Positions 24,139 to 34,699 of a stretch of DNA of 35,714 nucleotides are shown here, one piece after another. The stretch spans positions 1 through 35,714 of the forward strand of contig JAUCBJ010006465.1 of assembly GCA_032718475.1 (NCBI GenBank), written 5' to 3'. The notes under the pieces were generated by a model, which worked only from the letters and a program-made list of their open reading frames with translations, had not been told where the DNA came from and searched no databases. Position numbers and translations under genes: made by a program. Position 1 is the stretch's first letter. Every line of letters starts with the position of its first letter. This DNA comes from Nemertoderma westbladi. Lineage: Eukaryota; Animalia; Xenacoelomorpha.

Positions 24139-26993
24139 TCAATAATAGAGAACCTTTTTGTCCCAGCGAGTACCTACTCCACCCTTTGGCAAAGTTGATG
24201 CTACGGCTCCAACAACCATAGAACTCTGATATTCCTGAGACTTACCTAACCAGTCTAGCTGTCTACAGATCTCCTGAATCTCATCTGAAAACTCTATAAT
24301 CCTGCTGCTAAGAAACTTTCGGGGCGCTACTAATTTCGCATACAGATATCTAGCTATGTTAGTCCTGTTACTATACCTGATGTTTAATGTATCCCAAACT
24401 TGTCTCAATCCGTCCGGATGTCCAATAAACTTTAACGCCATTAACTTGGGAGGTCCTTCCAAGCATTCGATGAGGAATCGTAGTTTCTCTCCATTGGATA
24501 ATACGGAGTTCTGTATGTTATCTTTGTAATATTCATTAAAAGGTAACCATTTCATCTCATCTCCATTGAACTTGATGACCTCTCCCACTTTTACCGCTTG
24601 GCGGGCTTCAGTTCTAGCCATTTGACGTGTAAAACTTTTTGAGCCATCGAATTATTTAATATCGAATTATCGGTATATAAATTTCTCGGATTATTATCAG
24701 ATCTGTATGGGATATCATTATCAACAGGCTTATAGATACCCTTAATAGGGTTTACTATAGGAGTTTCTACTTCGCTAGCAGTATAGATGCATGTAGGCTC
24801 CACACCTTGCGTATGAAATACTTCAGACCTAACGGGCTGACACATTGTTACAGGGGGTGGTGGTATACCCATTTGTATATTTACTAATTTATCACGCTCT
24901 AGAGCGATATTTTGCTGTACTTCTTGCAGCTCTAACCTACTCTCTCTCACTGTTCCCTTTAACAGTTGAACAGTTCCTTCCAATTCTCGGACTTGCTTGG
25001 AAGATTTAATTTTATTATTTTCTAACTGTCCGAGCAACTGCTCCATCCCCCGTCATCCCTCGTCCACCCACTCAACCGCGGAGGCGGGAGTGTCTGCCAA
25101 CGTCGTAGCTGGATGGCATATTGGGACGACGGGAGACATTGCGTTTATAATGTCTTGCTCAGCGTCCAGGATTGTTTGGGATTCCGGCAGTTGTCTATTG
25201 GGCACAGGTAGTTTGGTACTGTGCAAAGGGAATTTAGAGTTAGGTTCTTGGAGCAAAGGGGTCTCTATCAAGGGAGTGGCTTCGCTAACAGGCCTAATTA
25301 TTTCTGGCTCATCTACTATAGTAGGGAGTCTTTCTACTGTAATAATTTGGGCTGTTGGTTCTTGATTACTTGAGTCTACATTAGCTAGTTCCCTTCTCAC
25401 CGCAGGGGGTAAGTTAGGTAACTTCTGCCGGTGTGGCGCTCTTCTATGTCCGCTTGAACGAGATTTATTACCTTTACCCTCGGGGTCCGTTGTATCAACT
25501 TCATCAGAGGAGGTAAATCCCTGTCTTCTGGGAGTAGATCGACTCAGTAGTTGCATCTGAGTAGCTGCTCTTTGTTTATTTAAGTAATCTTGTTTCGCCT
25601 GAAGGTTCTCCAACTCTAGTTGGGCTGTCGCTTCAGATACCCTCAGTTCTGCTTCTGCCACTGCCGCTGCTGCTGCCGCTTTTCTTTCAGCCTCTGCCAC
25701 TGCCGCTTTTCTTTCAGCTTCTGCCGCCACCGCTGCCGCTGCCGCCTTTCTTTCAGATTGTGCCACTGCCGCTGCCGCTTTTCTTTCAGCTTCTGCCGCT
25801 GCCGCCGCTGCTGCTAACTTTCGGTCTTCTATTTGCCTTTTCTTTATTTGTTCTTCTTGGTCCATTGTGATGAGGATGCTTTCATCAAATTTAGCCTGCT
25901 CCGCAGCTAATATTTCTGCATCTAAAGAGTCCAACACGAATTTGGCTCCCTCACTATTGGGGTGCAGTCCAGCTAGCCATCTCCTTAGCTCTTTGTCACC
26001 TATAAATCGTTGATAATCCAACAGATAGATGTCAATAGCATCCTTCTTCTTAGGTCTTTCGGATACCGCCTCGCCTTCCACGTGAGAAAAGGTTGTATCT
26101 GTTGATTCTCCGTGGGTTACTCGTTCAGTTAGCTGAACCCTCCATTGTGTTGTTCCCTGGACTTTAACATTCACTCGCTGGAACCAAGTCTTCACAGCCA
26201 CTTGCAACGATGTGTCTTGACTTCTCTTCGATGCCTCTTCAAAGGCTGAAAGGATTTATCTGATCCTCAAGATACATTCTCTCACTTGGTAAAGCAGCTC
26301 TCCCTGCTCTTGAGGTGCCTTAGGTTGTTGAAATAATTGAATTTCTATTCTTTACAAGGAGTTGAAGAATCCCTGGACATATCCTGCTGCTGACCTCTTC
26401 CATACAGCGGGATCTCTGGTGTCCCTCACTACCCCCATTTGGTATAAGTCTTCCCAGGCAGCTTCCGATAAGTTAAACGGGAGTCCGGGTCTGGGGAAGT
26501 TCCATTGAGTCTCTACAATAGACCTTAGTTCTTCCATCGGGTATCCTGCATAACTGTCCCTGGTCGATCTCTTATTTCTCATCCAATCCACTTGATGTTC
26601 TTCTACAGCTATAAGTACTCTAGTGAGCACGGCTCCAGGAAGAATTAGAAGTGGGTCGGGATAAACCACTTCTTCCATCCTTGCTCCGATCTTGGGCGTT
26701 AACTCTTCAGTGTCGGAACTAGAGTTGCTACGCAGTTGGGAAATAAGTTCTCGGTTCGGGTGCTGTTGTTGTTTGGCAGCCATCTCTTGGTCTCGCTTAA
26801 CTTGAGCCCTAGTGCCTATAATAGACCTATGGTGCTTTACTAGCATAGGGTCCGATACCACTACTGCAGGTATAACCTTTCTTACAGTAGGAGGGGACTT
26901 AGACTTCGGTCTGAGATGTTCTATACTTTGATCTGGGTCACAGATCGTTCTTTCCAGGAGACTATCTGACAGTGTTTGTTTTGTGTCAGACAT
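24139..26993 (-). pseudogene. gag: BEL/Pao gag with a long N-terminal region; DUF1759-like capsid domain at 24139-24621; C-terminus deleted
   Basis: ORFs 26352-26993, 25053-26207 and 24591-25046 share one frame with three internal stops. A frameshift leads into KFNGDEMKWLPF...LSNGEKLRFLIECLEG...WDTL..RY. No zinc knuckles, protease or RT follow. Confidence 0.85.
25655..25815 (-). repeat. Coding tandem repeat giving (A)n-(V)-AEAERK, about 4 times, within Gag
   Basis: Translation KLAAAAAAAEAERKAAAAVAQSERKAAAAAVAAEAERKAAVAEAERKAAAAAAVAEAE. Confidence 0.85.
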
Positions 26994-28134
26994 AATTTAT
27001 TTTGCAGTTGAATGCCTACTACTATAATGACAGTTAAAGCAAGTCTAGAGGAAATCAGTATCAACTGTCCATCTAGTAGTTACTGATATAACTCTAAACT
27101 ATAAGTCTTAAACTTAAACTGGTCTTAAACTATAAGCACTATGTTATGTACCCGGAGTGTCCTATACCTAGAGGTTAATTATCGAAGCCAACCAGAGCTA
27201 ACGGTCCTATTAACCATGTTACAACACAAGTATACTGCCTGCACACTAAATTACTTTCAGGAAAGCACTGTACTCTAAACCCTAAATTAGGTACAAGTAC
27301 TTATACAACAAATAACTAGCAGTTAAATATACGTGAACAGCCAAAAGAACCATGGTATCTGCTGGAGTAAACGGAGCACAAAATCACCAGTCTTTACCTA
27401 CGCCAAGCAGCCCTGATGTAGTACCGGGGTTAATTTAACTATAACGGTATGAATAACAAGCACAATTACTGTAAGGGATAAACTTGGGGAGAAGAAGGAG
27501 AAGCATAAACTCTGAATAATAAATATTACGCTACCCGTACAGACTATTCAAATAAAATACAGACCAAATGCTGGCAGACTACTGTCAAGCCTAAATAAAC
27601 TACAGTATATGCAATCTCCAAAATGGTTAGTTAGTAGGCATTCTAACTACGTAGTACGACTTATTCTTTCGTGAGGATTTACCTTACATCACTGGATGCC
27701 TCCACCTTCCTAACTAGCACTTTATCGGACAGACACTCTACATACACTGCAATCGCCTCAGACCTAACAAAAGTTAGACAACAATCCGGCCTACAAATTA
27801 TTTATACAATCTGAGCAGGCTTACATGCCTTCTGCTCAATATTACACTTACCGATAAATAAAACTGACAGAAATAAGTGAACCATACGAAGGAATAAGGG
27901 GTGATCAATCCCTAATCCCCTAACAGCCTACAATATACAATATTTCACAATCGAAATAATACTGGGTAAGTACCGGTTTGGGTTATTAGGCCTACAGTTT
28001 ACCGTCCGACCGGCACATTTGATTTTATTGCCTACTGAGCAATAAAGAAACTGAAATTTAATTAATGTTCTCACCAGAACATTAGACAAAATATATTTAT
28101 TGCCTACTGCGCAATAAAGAACAAAATCTATTAA

Positions 28135-29259
28135 TGTTCGCGCTTTCAGACCTTTAGCAGTTTAACCTGCCAATTTTAATTGTCCTTTTGATTATGAATC
28201 GACTTTAGCCCTTACCAATTACCTGGTGTACTGAAGTTACATCTGCCGAAGCCAGTCCGTGCGCGGCGTATGACCCACGGTGTGGGAGACTGGATTCGGG
28301 TTCCTTAGGAAGTATTGCGGTGTAAGCTACTTTGTATTATTCGATTGTTCGCTACTATATAATCTCTGACAACTATATTTACTTTTCGGGGAAATATTAA
28401 CAGTTCCTTTAGGACGTGGCGCTTTAAGTATAAAAACAGAGTTATGAATTATACTAATCACAACTAGATGGCCACAGAGTTTCGTAAATATGCTTTATTA
28501 ACTTTCACACTACTTCACACGACTTCACACTCCTTTACACTATTTCACACTAATTTGCCGACCGTCACTGAATTTGATCATATATAAGGAGGATTGCAAC
28601 TGACACACATAGGGATTATGAAATAGCATTTAATTCACACAAAACCACTATAATTTAAGTCGCAGTTGCTACCGGTAGACTCTTTCTCCGCTTACCTCAG
28701 TAATCAATAAGATTGAGGGGTTTTATGATTATTTATCGGTATTCTCCAAATATAACATCCATTAATATAAACAACAATTAATACAATATAAAACAGCATT
28801 AAAACAGTGCGGTGGACAGTCAGTACGTGTTCAGTCATATGAGTTGATGTGTGTCCAGAGACTCCGGATAGAGTGGTCCAGGGAGTCCGGATAGTGTTAC
28901 AATGTTAATAGATTTACGTCCCTATAACTAATGCCATCAGATGTTTTTTGGGCCAAAGTCTGAAACGACCGTACTTAGTACAGAATTCTGAGATGAATCT
29001 AATTCTCAGAAAAATAATAACCATAATGCATTGCGCTAGTTCTCAGGTAGGTCTCCGTTGGTATAACAGAGAAGATTGCTCTGATTGGCTGAATAAGCCA
29101 GGACAAAGAGATCTCCACGTACCCAAAGAATCAGCTGACAGATTTCGTCATCTTGGTTCTAATTTCTTTCCGACGCGTAGTTGAACAATTTTAGGGCTAT
29201 TTTAGAGTATTCCGCGCATTGCGTGAAAATGACTTGTTATGTCCGCAAAAGCTTTTACA
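28135..29259 (-). repeat. 5' LTR
   Basis: Reads TGTAAAAGC...GCGCGAACA on the minus strand and is a direct repeat of 12163-13311. Contains (CACACGACTT)-type 10-mers. Confidence 0.96.
28494..28587 (-). promoter_or_regulatory. Putative LTR TATA box (28581-28587) and downstream AATAAA (28494-28499), bracketing the R region
   Basis: TTATATA followed about 85 nt later by AATAAA on the minus strand. The same arrangement occurs in the 3' LTR and, with similar spacing, in the related solo LTR (TATAT ~30114, AATAAA ~30196). Confidence 0.55.
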
Positions 29260-29285
29260 TAGAGCATACTGCTGTACTGTAGTAC

Positions 29286-30545
29286 TGCTAAAGCTTTTGC
29301 GGCCAAAATGTCACCATTTTACACAATGCGCTGGGTACTCTAAACCCTTGAAAACTCTCAAGAACTTTGTATTTTATGAACTGATGTAAACTTCCTCCCT
29401 CCAGCGTTTATTCTCAGTATAACACTTTCCCCTACATTCCCACAGTAACCCAAATGCTCAGATTACCAAATCATTAGCCATTGGATATTATTATCTTTGT
29501 TTACGTTCTTCTTTGTTAGTCACCGTCCAATCAGTATACTTTCCATCCTATGTCACCCCATAGACTGAATTACCGGATCCATTGGTTACGGGTTGATGGC
29601 ATGGAAACTGGTCCCTGATTGGGAGTTCTTGCCTGTTCTATACGTTCTACGGCGTTCGATATGATTCATGCTTTGTGAACTACTTGAGGCAAGAATATTC
29701 TTGCAGGTTTCAGAGTTGTGATTATCTATTTCACTTCCTGACTCTGTGCCCAGAAACACCAGCGGCTAGAAAGATACAGACCGCAAATCTATTACCGTTT
29801 ACATTTCTATTATATGTTTGCATCTCAAACTTACATGCAGACTCACTGCAACACACACTGACTGTCTGATATTTCCGCAACACCGCATTTTTATACTGAT
29901 TTATGCTGTTATAATCTGTTGTCATTGTATCATATGGATTCATGTTAATAGTTGGAGAATACTAACGAATAACCGGTAGATCTCTTGGTTTTCATGATCA
30001 TTGAGGTAAGCGGAGGGGTTTACTATCCCCAATTGCATAGTTCAAATAACAGTGGTTTGTATGAGTTTATGCTGTTTCATAGACCCCAACGTGTACGTGA
30101 GTTAAGTTCTCCCTATATGCAAGTAAAATCGGTGACTGTAGGCAAATTAGCGTGTTTCAGTACTATTGCCCGTCCATGCGAGAGTGTGAACGTTCAATAA
30201 ATACATCCATAAAGGATGTAAACATTTGCGTTATCTCAAGCCCACCCGTTGTAGTTAGTATAAGTCATATTATTTTCTGCGTAGTAATTAGATCGCAACA
30301 CCTGAAAGGATCTGTCAGTATTTAACGGAAAATAAACATAGTTTTGGAGATTATATAGTAAAGATCGATTAAATAATACAAAGTATCCTACGGCTTGTTC
30401 CTATGACTTTCTGCTACCGAATCCAGTCTGCCACCTCCGGTGGGTCATATGCCGCGCTAGACTGGCTTTGGCTGTGTTCATCTGTCTTGGGCTGTCAGGT
30501 ATTAATAGACATATAAAGTAGCAGGTTAAACTGTTAAAGGACTGT
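29286..30545 (+). mobile_element. Solo LTR of a related BEL family, in opposite orientation
   Basis: Start TGCTAAAGCTTTTGCGG...CAATGCGC..GTACTCTAAA resembles the LTR 5' end. CCGAATCCAGTCT...TGGGTCATA.GCCGCGC..GACTGGCTT and GCAGGTTAAACTG.TAAAGG resemble the LTR 3' end. The middle is unalignable by eye; terminal CA and TSD are not resolved. Confidence 0.8.
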
Positions 30546-30696
30546 ACCGTATTGTAATAAAATATCTCAATATCAAGCACTCATCAATCAATACATGAAG
30601 ACTGTCAATACTCCATATACTTTTACACACTGACATATGTAACATTTAGGCTACTCATAGGCTATAATAGGGCAACTTTAGGATTATGTTAATAAC

Positions 30697-30886
30697 CTCA
30701 TCACCAATGATCCAATCAACACAGACCATCTTGCTCCAATTTTTCCGTAAGACTTCCCGCCAAAATACATGGTAGATCCGATGCCAAACATTGCCAAACT
30801 TTGAATCCAAACAGCAGTTCCGTGTGTCAGTGTGGCAGGACTTGAGTATTGACGAATGTAAGATGTTAAATAAGGGTTCATATTAC
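30697..30886 (-). CDS. MFS transporter, 5'-most exon visible (GNMNPYLTSYIR...GGKSYGKIGARWSVLIGSLVM)
   Basis: Acceptor TATTTCAG and donor GTTATT. GN..PY..SY is typical of animal OFA-like MFS proteins. It begins in phase 1, so it needs an upstream exon that I could not find in the window. Confidence 0.9.
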
Positions 30887-30977
30887 CTGAAATAGTTAGA
30901 ATATATTAAATTTCATTAGAAATATTCACATTAAATTGTACATATCTTGAAAAATCCGTTTACAACTTGGGAAAAAG

Positions 30978-31475
30978 AGTGGAAGGGTTTATTTATTGTG
31001 GAAGATCACCCATGGTGGTGAACAGGCATTCCTTTAAGAAACAGAGTGGAAGGGTATACTGTGGAAGATCACCCATGGTGGTGAACAGGCATTCTTTTAG
31101 GAAACGGAGTGGAAGGGTTTACTGTGGAAGATTACCCATGGTTGTGAACAGGCATTCCTTTAGGAAACAGAGTGGAATGGTTTACAGTGGAAGATCACCA
31201 ATGGTGGTGAACAGGCATTCCTTTAGGAAACAGAGTGGAAGGGTTTACTGTGGAAGATCACCCATGGAGGGGTGAACAGTCATTCCTTTGGGAAACAGAG
31301 TGGAAGGGTTTACTGTGGAAGATTACCCATGGTTGTGAACAGGCATTCCTTTAGGAAACAGATTGGAAGGGTTTACTGTGGAAGATCACCCATGGTGGTG
31401 AACAGGCATTCCTTTAGGAAACAGAGTGGAAGGGTTTACTGTGGAAGATCACCCATGGTGGTGAAAAGGCATTCA
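30978..31475. repeat. 63-bp minisatellite, about 8 copies
   Basis: Unit AGTGGAAGGGTTTACTGTGGAAGATCACCCATGGTGGTGAACAGGCATTCCTTTAGGAAACAG repeated head to tail. Confidence 0.95.
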
Positions 31476-31863
31476 TTGGCTTAACGAGCCTAAAAGATTC
31501 TCCCATTCATAAATTAATTTTGCTGAATTAAAAACTTTTGAAAATTTTAGCACGAAAAATACTGGAGATGGGTGCGAGAAAGGGCCCATAGCACGAAAAC
31601 TAACATAGCCATGTAAATAAAAAAAAAAAAACCTGGCGTTTGCTGTGTTGGATTGCCTATTAAATTTTAGGAAAAGTCACGAAATCGGCCACAACTGGTT
31701 AGAGAAGAAATAAGTACCAATCTGTTGAAATGTTAGACACTAAATATTGCTACAATGAACGCACGCAATCTCAAAGATCCACATCAAATATGGTGACATG
31801 GTAGCTCCGTAGCTCTGGCAATTTAATATAACAACGACATCATGACAACAGCCATGAAGTACA

Positions 31864-32480
31864 ATAAAATCAACAGGAAAAACCTTGAGTCTTAAACCCC
31901 ACAAACTATCAAAAAACATAATACAGTAATATCAGGAATATACTGTATATACTGTATATATTAACGCCCAAAATAGTACTCAGGCACTAGGGCCATCAAA
32001 AACCACAAAACAATACAAACAAACAACAACATAAATAAAAAACACAAATATATTAAACATGCTCAACATACAGGTATGTATCGCACCCTAACCCTAAGCC
32101 TAACCGCCATACACTAAATGATACCGGTAATGAACTGCACAAAAGCTAAGCCTATATTCTATAAGAAAATTATGACATTTTTAGCCGTAAAGGGGTAGAA
32201 CTACAGTAGGGCAAAAATAATTAATTTTATCAAAAATATGGTTGCGTTTCGGTGTCTGACACGGTAATCTTGACAGCCCATCAGCTAGACAAAGTATTAC
32301 CGATTATGTTAAGCAGTTTTAATATATTTATGTTTTTTGTTTATCTTGTTTGTTTGTATTGTTTTGTGGTTTTTGATGGCCCTAGTGGCTGATTACTATT
32401 TTGGGCGATAATGTCCTGATATTATTTTTTTTGTTAGTTTGTGGGGTTTAAGACTCTAGGTTTTACCTGTTTATTTTACA
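31864..32480 (-). mobile_element. Non-autonomous Penelope-like fragment with ~180-200-bp inverted arms and a degenerate hammerhead-like motif (32244-32291)
   Basis: 31864-32070 is an imperfect inverted repeat of 32305-32480. The centre (32130-32290) aligns by eye with the reverse complement of the 722-bp unit (AACTGCAC, CCTATA, AGAAAAT, GACATTT, AAGGGGTA, CTACA, GTTTC, CATCAG). Confidence 0.6.
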
Positions 32481-32720
32481 ATTAATATCCCCCTGTGGGG
32501 CGAGCCACGAAGTGAGTGAGCCTTAGCGTAGTGGTACCATTAATCAACCTGTCGTTCTGTCGTGTTAAATTTTAAACGTTAATAACTCGGCCAGTCTTTG
32601 ATGAAATCTATCCAAACTTGGTACACATGTTGTTTGGCAAAAGTTTAGAAATTTTCCAAGTAGAATTTCCGTGTGACCTTCGAGAAGCTAAGATAATAGC
32701 AGTTAATTAGTTAATTAAGT
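32481..32720 (+). mobile_element. Possible Helentron-associated (DINE/HINE-like) fragment
   Basis: TTAATATCCCCC start, short CTGTCGT repeat and AATAACTC...CCAAACTTGGTACACATG resemble such elements. Boundaries are uncertain. Confidence 0.35.
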
Positions 32721-33872
32721 TGATTACGGTAAAAACACCATTTTCAACCTGCCTTTTAAAGGAAATTAATTGTTCTACAGTATAAGACTTCAATAATTAT
32801 ACTTAAAAATTATACAGATGTAATCCACATACTCAATTCTATTGTAGTTTTAAATTAGTTCAAGTGATTTGCTTTAATAATTGTGTCTTTAATTGATCTA
32901 AAGTAATTAAAACGGCATAAAAAATTGATTATCATTAAATACTGCTCATTTATTGGTTAACATCCAAGTTGGCTTGTTTCCCAGCAACACTTGAGGTATT
33001 CAGTCAGCCTTGCTTGTAAGAGGCAGACTGCTGCTGCTGCTGGTAGGATAGCATTAATTCCCCATCCATTCACTCACTCTCCATTCAACTGGCTGACTGG
33101 AGAGTGGAGGTGTGTTTAGGTATCGGGTTCAATGACATTAATATTATTACTAAAGTAACGTCGGGATGTTAATATTCACTGCAGCTATGAGTCTCTCTGG
33201 TTAGTTGAATGAATGAAATAAATTATTGTTTTACTGTTCCGAATATCAATGTTTATTTTTGTAGGCCAACTTACTGTATTATTATTTAATCTAAATGTAC
33301 ATAATAGTTTAAATAAATTATTTCACAATTTCATTCCAATTCATACTGCTTACGCAACCATGCTAATTAGGTATATTAAATGGCAGGATTGTTTTTAATT
33401 AAAATTTTTACAGAGCAAACAAGTATATTGTATTTAACTGAAAGTTAATTTATTTCGGTAAGTAGGCCTTGCGGTTTGTTAGTTTAGTTAGTATAATAAG
33501 TATCAAATATATTACGTGCTGCTGTACAGTAAACGCGGCTTTGCGTTATTGAATTACAGAATTGGCGGTACAAAGTACATTAATAGGGATCAGGCATATT
33601 GCATTTATATAATTGTTGTTGTAAATGTACAATAATATGCGCCACTTTTATTTTAGTAACTGCAATGTGTATTTCATTTGTACCTGCAACCCATTAAAAA
33701 GGGCAGCTGAACTTATCGCGGACAGGCTGACTATTCACCATAAAAAAAAACCCCAAATCGCCGCAGTTCCACTTACAGTTCCATAATATTATTCTGTTTT
33801 GTACGGTGGCCCATAACGGCCACCGCTCCTCTCACACACAGGTCACCCACACAAACATCATTCTTAATTTTA

Positions 33873-34195
33873 TAGTGTGTGTGTGCGTGGCATAGTGTGT
33901 GTGTAGGTGGCATAGTGTGTGTGTGGGTGGCATAGTGTGTGTGTGGGTGGCATAGTGTGTGTGTGTGGGTGGCATAGTGTGTGTGTGCGTGGCATAGTGT
34001 GTGTGTGGGTGGCATAGTGTGTGTGTGCGTGGCATGGTGTGTGTGTGCGTGGCATGGTGTGTGTGTAGGTGGCATAGTGTGTGTGTGCGTGGCATAGTAC
34101 GTGTGTGGGTGGCATAGTGTGTGTGCGTGGCATGGTGTGTGTGTGTGCGTGGCATGGTGTGTCTGTGCGTGGCATGGTGTGTGTGTGCGCGGCAT
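33873..34195. repeat. Compound (GT)n-GGCAT[A/G] minisatellite with ~20-24-bp units
   Basis: Repeats of GTGTGTGTG[C/G/A]GTGGCAT[A/G]. Confidence 0.95.
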
Positions 34196-34699
34196 ATGTC
34201 CCAGTGTCCGAGTGGATACAGCGCCTGACTGCTTTCACAATAGTGTTTGCGGCGCATGTTCAAATCCGACTTAAGGCTGTAGAAATTTTGCACCGTGGTG
34301 TTACTAGGCAAGCACTTTAGACTTAGTGCTACGCCAACCCAGCAGTATAATGGGAACCTGGCTTTGCTGGGGAAAAAATAATGCAGGCGCTCTGATAAAG
34401 GGTATGTGGCCCCTAAGGGTGCCTGAAATAACAAATATAAATGTTAAATTTATTTTTTTATAGTGAGTGTATACATCATTTCATTATCTCAGGTTAATTC
34501 AATATGTCGATGTATCTTAAGATTTGGTATAGGTGAGTAAAAAATAGCGATGAAAGTATATTAAATATTTGAGAATTGAATTAGTGTTGTTAAAAATTAC
34601 AGCAATAACATTGACCCAGATACCTTGGTATTAATAGTTTAGCTAATTGTTTAGTTTTATTAGATTAATAAAAGTGTTCCAAAACAATTCCTGTTTGTA

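Larger units (their letters stand above)
12163..29259 (-). mobile_element. BEL/Pao LTR retrotransposon, non-autonomous deletion derivative with an extra 3' ORF
   Basis: Two ~1.1-kb direct LTRs with outer TG...CA ends. 5-bp TSD TAGAG at 12158-12162 and 29260-29264. BEL-type Gag, RNase H and integrase remnants on the minus strand. Confidence 0.96.

Noticed and set aside
13826-26993. Alternative genetic code (TAA/TAG = Gln) or programmed readthrough explaining stops in the element
   Set aside because: TGA stops, frameshifts and deletions are also present, and the host gene ends at a standard TAA. Ordinary decay is sufficient, apart from the flagged stop cluster.
30978-31475. CRISPR-like array or repeat-protein gene
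   Set aside because: Units are contiguous with no unique spacers, and the context is eukaryotic. The ORFs are by-products of a 63-bp period.
33773-34434. His/Thr-rich ORFs
   Set aside because: These are translations of a (CA)n-based minisatellite that is open in several frames.
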